Assembly: GCA_047495785.1 (NCBI GenBank)
Contig: JBLDXI010000028.1
Coordinates: 1,798,001-1,862,000 of the forward strand
Length of the DNA: 64,000 nt
From: Lepidodermella squamata
Lineage: Eukaryota > Animalia > Gastrotricha
Direction of reading: 5' to 3'
Shown here: one piece after another, positions 58,518-64,000 of the stretch
Numbering within the stretch: the first letter of the stretch is position 1
Layout of the letters: the number at the start of each line of letters is the position of its first letter
Notes under the pieces: model-generated
The model's database searches: none
Told to the model about the DNA's origin: nothing
Seen by the model: only the letters and a program-made list of their open reading frames with translations
Translations under genes and position numbers: made by a program

Positions 58518-60651
58518 AATAGCGTGACGAAAAAAAATCGACAAAATCAGCGACTGAGTTCATTTCTTTCTTCGATTTTCGGATCTTCAACCGCGGTCTT
58601 CGATTTTCTCTTCATGGTTTTGTGTTCACGCGCGATCACACGATTCATTCTAAAAAAAAAAACTGCAAAAGCCGATTCAAGTCTAAGTACTGGATTTTCT
58701 GGATTACAACTGTCACTTTTAAAATTCGACGCGTCTTTCTCTAAAGTTGTATAAACATATCCTCATTACTATTGTAATAAATAAACTAAAATATATAATA
58801 ATTTCTCGCTCGTTTTTTGCTCTTCGGAAAAGATTTTCCTCGGAAATTATTGATTTAGTTGTTATATTTTTCTTATATCTTTTCTATTTGAAACTGAGTT
58901 GTAGATAATGACGAAATAGTAATTCCAGACAAACTAGACGGATTTTCTTAAACAATTACGAACAACACGAGACATGTGCCAGTTTACTTCTTTCGGTTCT
59001 TTCTTATATAATAATCGTTAAATTAATAATTATCGACTTGATGTAGTCAAATTTGTGGGAAATAATCACTGAACTAATGTCATTATATACTATACGAATT
59101 CACGGAGGCTTGTTATACTCAAAAAATAATAGTCGACTAACTACATTGGCAATCCTTCTCAACGTTTATTTCGCAAACTAAACAAAATTTACATGTGGTG
59201 CTTTATGGTGTTGCACTAATCATCAGTTGATTATAAAATATTATAGGTCTATGGGCTGGAATGCATGGCGAAATATGTTCTTTTTGTAATTGTTATTATT
59301 CTTGAAAAGTCTGTGTTACTTTTTTTTAAACCGCGGCATCATTATTTTTCTAAATGTAGCGTGTAAATTGATATAGGACGCAGGAAACGCATAAATTATT
59401 CGAGAAAAAAATACTGCTCTCTTTATACGTTACGTATATATATCATGCTTCCCTCGGATGTGAATTATTTCAACAACAAAAATCGGTTATTAAATTAATT
59501 AATTATACTGTAAAATGTCGTTTTCTCTGATGCTTTTGTTGTTAGGAGAAACACAGGGAGTACTTTAGGATTTACCTCGGAAAAATTGTCCGTAGAACAT
59601 GATTATAGAATTGCTCTCGATCGATTTTGAATGATCATGATTTATCGTTATTATTTCAAAGCTGCTGGTTGTTAGGCACGAGTGGTTGAAAAAATACGTA
59701 CCCAATTCTGGTATATATCGACGTAAATAAACAAATCGCGATATGTTTGTTATGAAGAAATAATACGGAAAAAATCACATTTCTTTCTCTCTTATTATCC
59801 TATACTATTAAATCATCTTACCATGCTACTTCTATGTAATATTATCTCCGTTTTTTCGCTGCATCTGGAAAAAGGTGCGTGTAGAAGTGATGTGCGAGTG
59901 TTGCACTAACAAGGATGAATAACAAATGCCAAAAAATCAAATAAAAGACGTGAGAATATGCAAGAATGGGTGTTGTTCTTCGGTATTAGGAGTATTTCCT
60001 TGGAATTACGTGGAACGTGGAAAAAGAAAACCGGAAAACTTTGGATAGAAGCTCGAGAAATGCCACACCCAGAAACTTCCATCTCAAGAGAGTTGATTTC
60101 TCAGCATTCAGCCGTCAAAGTCACGCAATTTGATTTTTTCCTACTCGACCTATTTTGACGCGCCATTCTCGAGGGAGTAGCAAACGCTGGAAAAATATTC
60201 CAAGAAATGAGGGCGATTTTTTAGAAAATAATCGGCAGCATTCCGAAGCTCGGGCATTCTGTTTGACAAAATAAGGTGTGAATGCTGGTTGTCTCGAATA
60301 AAGAACGCAGTAATCGGGTAAAAATTCGTCGATGATGCGTCTAAGCCGAGAAAAATAACATTTATTGCTTCGATACCAGTAACCCAGTGACGACAAGACA
60401 TATGCGTGCTACAAACTATCTGCTGCAACGAATATGGAATGGGTTTCCATCAACACTATCGAGTGATAGAACAATTAAGGAGGAAAAAAATTCGAACTGA
60501 AAATATTAAAGCATTCGATTCTAGGCCTGGGATGCATCACAACATTGCCGGCTCAGGTGCTGTTTAAATCATTCATGATGGCGCTAATGAGACAAACTTC
60601 TTCAGTCTTGTGTCTTCAGTTCTGAAAATTGTCCCCGCGAAATCTGAAATT

Positions 60652-63600
60652 ATGCACCTACGACTAATTTTGCTGCTGCTATTGAGAGTAGATGAGGTCA
60701 GAGCGTCGTATAGTACGCTCAAAACGTTGTATGGCCAGCTTCCCACACCGCTTGCCGTCTATCCTTTGGGGCAATTTGGCCTATTTGATGGTTCCGGCAA
60801 TAACATCGATGGTCTGTACTCCGCGAACCCCGTGGTCAGAGTCGCCGGACTGTCAGGAATGGCTGGAGCTGCGCTCGAGACTGGAGAAACAGCCGCAGAC
60901 AACCAATACATAAACTTCACCTCGACGCAGTTCAACTTCGGAGCATCTTCTTGGACGATGGCTGTTTTCGTTAACACGAAGGGAGCTGTCGGGCCGATTT
61001 TGGATTACGCTCTATCATCAGGGCAGGCTATGGGTGCGCATTTATGGCAATACCCTGAAGCGGGGACACTTTTAACAAACCCAGCGACTAGCGCTTGGTT
61101 TTCCATGCCATGTGACTTGTCTAGCTGGCAATTAGTTGCATGGGTCTACGACGGATCAGCAAAAACGCTTCGCATCTTCTGTAACGACACGTTCAGCTCA
61201 GCTGTTGCGCAATCGACTCCGCCAGCAACTTCAACAACATTCTTTGCGGGTTACAGGTTTCTCTATACTCCTCACTCCTCATGTAGCTTTCCATGACAAT
61301 TTCTTGCAGGTCTTACGCTGGTGGAGCAGGAAGCGACTTTCAGTTTGCTTGCTTGCACATCTTCAAAAGTGCACTGTCCCAAGCTGATTTCTTGAAAATT
61401 AAAACCATTTGCCCAATGTATAATTCAGGTGAGTGTGCTATTTAGCCACCATACGAATACTTTCATCTTTGATTTTTTCCAAGAAATCACTTGTCCATAC
61501 TCCCCTAAGCCGCAGTGCCTTTGCCGAATGAATTTTACTACTTCAATCGGATATACCTGTACATGCACGCCTGGGTGGACAGGTTCTGACTGCGCTACGC
61601 GTAATTATTAATAGCTTAGCTACATGAACAGGGTAGTCAATATTAGTCATTTACTTTCCAGCGACTTTGAAGTGTGCATTTCCAAAATCGGACTCCTCGC
61701 CAAGCTCATGCGCAGCCTGGGCATCACAAGGTCACTGCCTCACAAATCCCTGCAAGTTTTCCAGCCAATCCATCCGTAAAATTTGCTTATTTCTGTTGTT
61801 TTTAGCTTACATGTGGGCGTCTTGTCCAGCTTCTTGTACGAAGTATTCGGTTTGCGAATGCGACGTTGTAGCACCTGCAGTCGCTGATACCAATTGTACC
61901 TGTGGAGATTGGGCAGCCTCTGGTCTTTGTGAGACCGATAGCTTGGTTCAAAGCAGTTGTCCGTTCACCTGTTCAAAGCGTCAAAGTAATTCGCCATGTT
62001 TAAAAGTGAAACCGCCTTTAATGCTGAATTTAAGATTCAAGCGCCTCCATGACGTGCTCTCCGACACCGAAACACATAACCTTACCCCCGAGAACTATGT
62101 GGGCGCTGTCATCACCACCACCAAGTTACTATGGATCACAAGCTGCTTACCTTCAATCCGCGACAGTAGTTTGCAAACCGGGATATTTGCCAGACGATTA
62201 CAAATTGAACTGCTTCCACATTTGCGATCCTTTAAGTCCAAACTCCACCAGCGGAAATTGGCGACAGCTAAACTTCAAAATGCCGACTTGCAAGGGTTAG
62301 TTAAATTTCCAAGTTTCCAATTTTCATGCACAGAATTTTCTTAGTTGCTGCATGTCCTGATCCGCCTTCGATAAAAAACGGCGTGGCTGTGAACTACACT
62401 TCGTCTCCGAACTTCGGGTTTGGAGATAAAGTAACTTACAAATGTGAGACAGGGTATGTCTTAGCTGCAACCTCAAAGCCTGAAGCTAATTGCACCTTGG
62501 ATACGAAATCCGGGTGGAGTTGGGCCGATACCATTCCGGAATGTATTCGTGAGTAGAATGACTTACATTACTTCCGATAATTGATAGGAATGTATATTAG
62601 TTCCGCCTTGTCTGCCTGTTGAAAGTGGCAGTAATGTCATCGTCAACATATCAAGCAACGAAACTGGCGGAGTCGCTTCTTACTCGTGCTTACCGGGTTA
62701 CGAACCTTCTAATGACAAAAAGCTGTTCACGAAAATTTGCCAAATTGACGGCTCATGGACTCCACGTGGCAAACCTATTTGTGAAAGTAAGTTCCTTCAT
62801 AATAATATTCACCGACCACACGGCTGATTAATCTTCCCGCAGTTATTAAATGCCCTGCGCCTCCGTATGAGCCTAATACTTACATCGAGGGCGAGAAGCC
62901 GAAAGGTGTTCAATACGTATTTGGGGATAAGATCACAGTTTACTGCTCAGCTGGAGCTACGAGTTTGTACACCGAGCCTGGCGATGATTCCGTACCCCTG
63001 GAGAAAATGGAGAAGGCATGCACAGAGTGGGGCACATGGACTACCCAGACCTTGAGTTGTTTACGTATGTTTGCCAAGAGCATTATTGGAATCACTAAAA
63101 ATTTAATTCTCCCAGTTGCTCAGTGTTCCACGCCTCCCAGCTTTGAATTATCGACATTACGCTCACTCAATAGTTCCTCAGAACTTGAAACTCTTCTTTA
63201 TGGGAATATCATTATATTCGAATGCGACTGGAACCAGGGTTTCGAACCTGCCCCGAATCAAACGAAAGTCAACGTTCAGTGGTTTTGCACCGCTAACGCT
63301 ACATGGGAGAAGGATACTATCAAATGCGTGCAAAGTTCGCTGTTGACAGCGCAAACTGTACGGCAAACAAAACAAGTCTACGAATCATCTACAGCCGTTG
63401 CAACTGGAACAACGGTTTTATCCATTCTGGCCTTCATTATTGGAATAGTCATTTGCCTGGACTACGTAACGCTCGCTCGAGACTTGAATCGACTGCGCCA
63501 TAATTTCAACCATTTCCTCAAGCGGATTCGGGATGCTAGTAGAGTCAAACGACTTCACGATCTACGGCAAGTTGTCAGAGGCCGGGTTGCGAAAGAAGAA

Positions 63601-63828
63601 TACCTGCGAAGGAAGAACGACATCAATGAAAAGCAGAAATTAGCAGCAGCTGGTTATGTTGTTGATGCAGGCGGAGAGCCCGCATTGGTTCCGAATCCTC
63701 TGGTGCGGGAAAATTCAGATGATCGTCCTGTCACATGTGTAAATTTGTCGAGGTCCCACCATGACGTTCATGTTGAAGGCGTCATGGAGCTTCCTGAAAA
63801 CCCAGAGCTGTTGAATCCTGTTGAATAA
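60652..63828 (+). CDS. Type I membrane protein: signal peptide, LamG/ConA-like, EGF, 2x ShKT, 5x sushi/CCP, TM, cytoplasmic tail; 10 exons (60652-61256, 61310-61428, 61484-61600, 61662-61751, 61806-61985, 62035-62295, 62345-62548, 62601-62786, 62843-63064, 63116-63828)
   Basis: SWTMAVFV...WQLVAWVYDG (LamG-like); YTCTCTPGWTGSDC (EGF); CAAWASQGHC..NP.YM...CPASC (ShKT); CPDPP...YKCETGY...W....PEC (CCP); TM TVLSILAFIIGIVICL; introns 49-61 nt. Confidence 0.85.
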
Positions 63829-64000
63829 AATTGATATTATTTAACACTCATTTTTCTAATTTATTGCCCATGAAATAGGAGCTTTTATAGGCTTTCGACC
63901 ACTTCTGCATCTTCAAGGTCAATCTCGGGTATCCTCTAGTGCCAGTGCTCCCGGAAGTGTTTATCCGTCAGGCTGCGTCCTCAATTAGTGGGAGCTGGTA

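Overview
Eukaryotic, invertebrate-type animal DNA: standard genetic code, GT-AG introns mostly 47-55 nt. The species cannot be named from sequence alone. Left part (1 to ~38 kb): a minus-strand tandem array of one 3-exon gene family encoding ~610-620 aa proteins, each an N-terminal 3-TPR module plus ~440 aa of uncharacterised, apparently helical sequence. In transcription order the array holds copy A (frameshifted), B, C, D, pseudogene psi1, E, pseudogene psi2 and F (runs off the window). An intronless orphan Cys-loop ion-channel gene sits inside psi2. Every copy has a 3' splice acceptor just upstream of its start, and several follow the previous copy's stop codon and AATAAA within ~25-100 nt, which looks like a trans-spliced operon. 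The two conserved intron positions are either tiny (0-51 nt) or swollen, mostly to 2.4-3.5 kb. The swollen introns hold unrelated mosaics of short transposon scraps (LINE, Penelope-like with a hammerhead motif, LTR, MULE, Helitron, CACTA, pogo/Tigger-like), and nearly all orientable scraps are antisense to the host. Right part (40-64 kb): compact, TE-poor and all on the plus strand. It carries three intronless tandem GABA-B-like class C GPCRs, two closely spaced glycosyltransferase-like genes, a GRAMD2-like gene and a LamG-EGF-ShKT-sushi type I membrane protein. All gene models were built by hand from splice signals and paralog alignment; no database searches were run.
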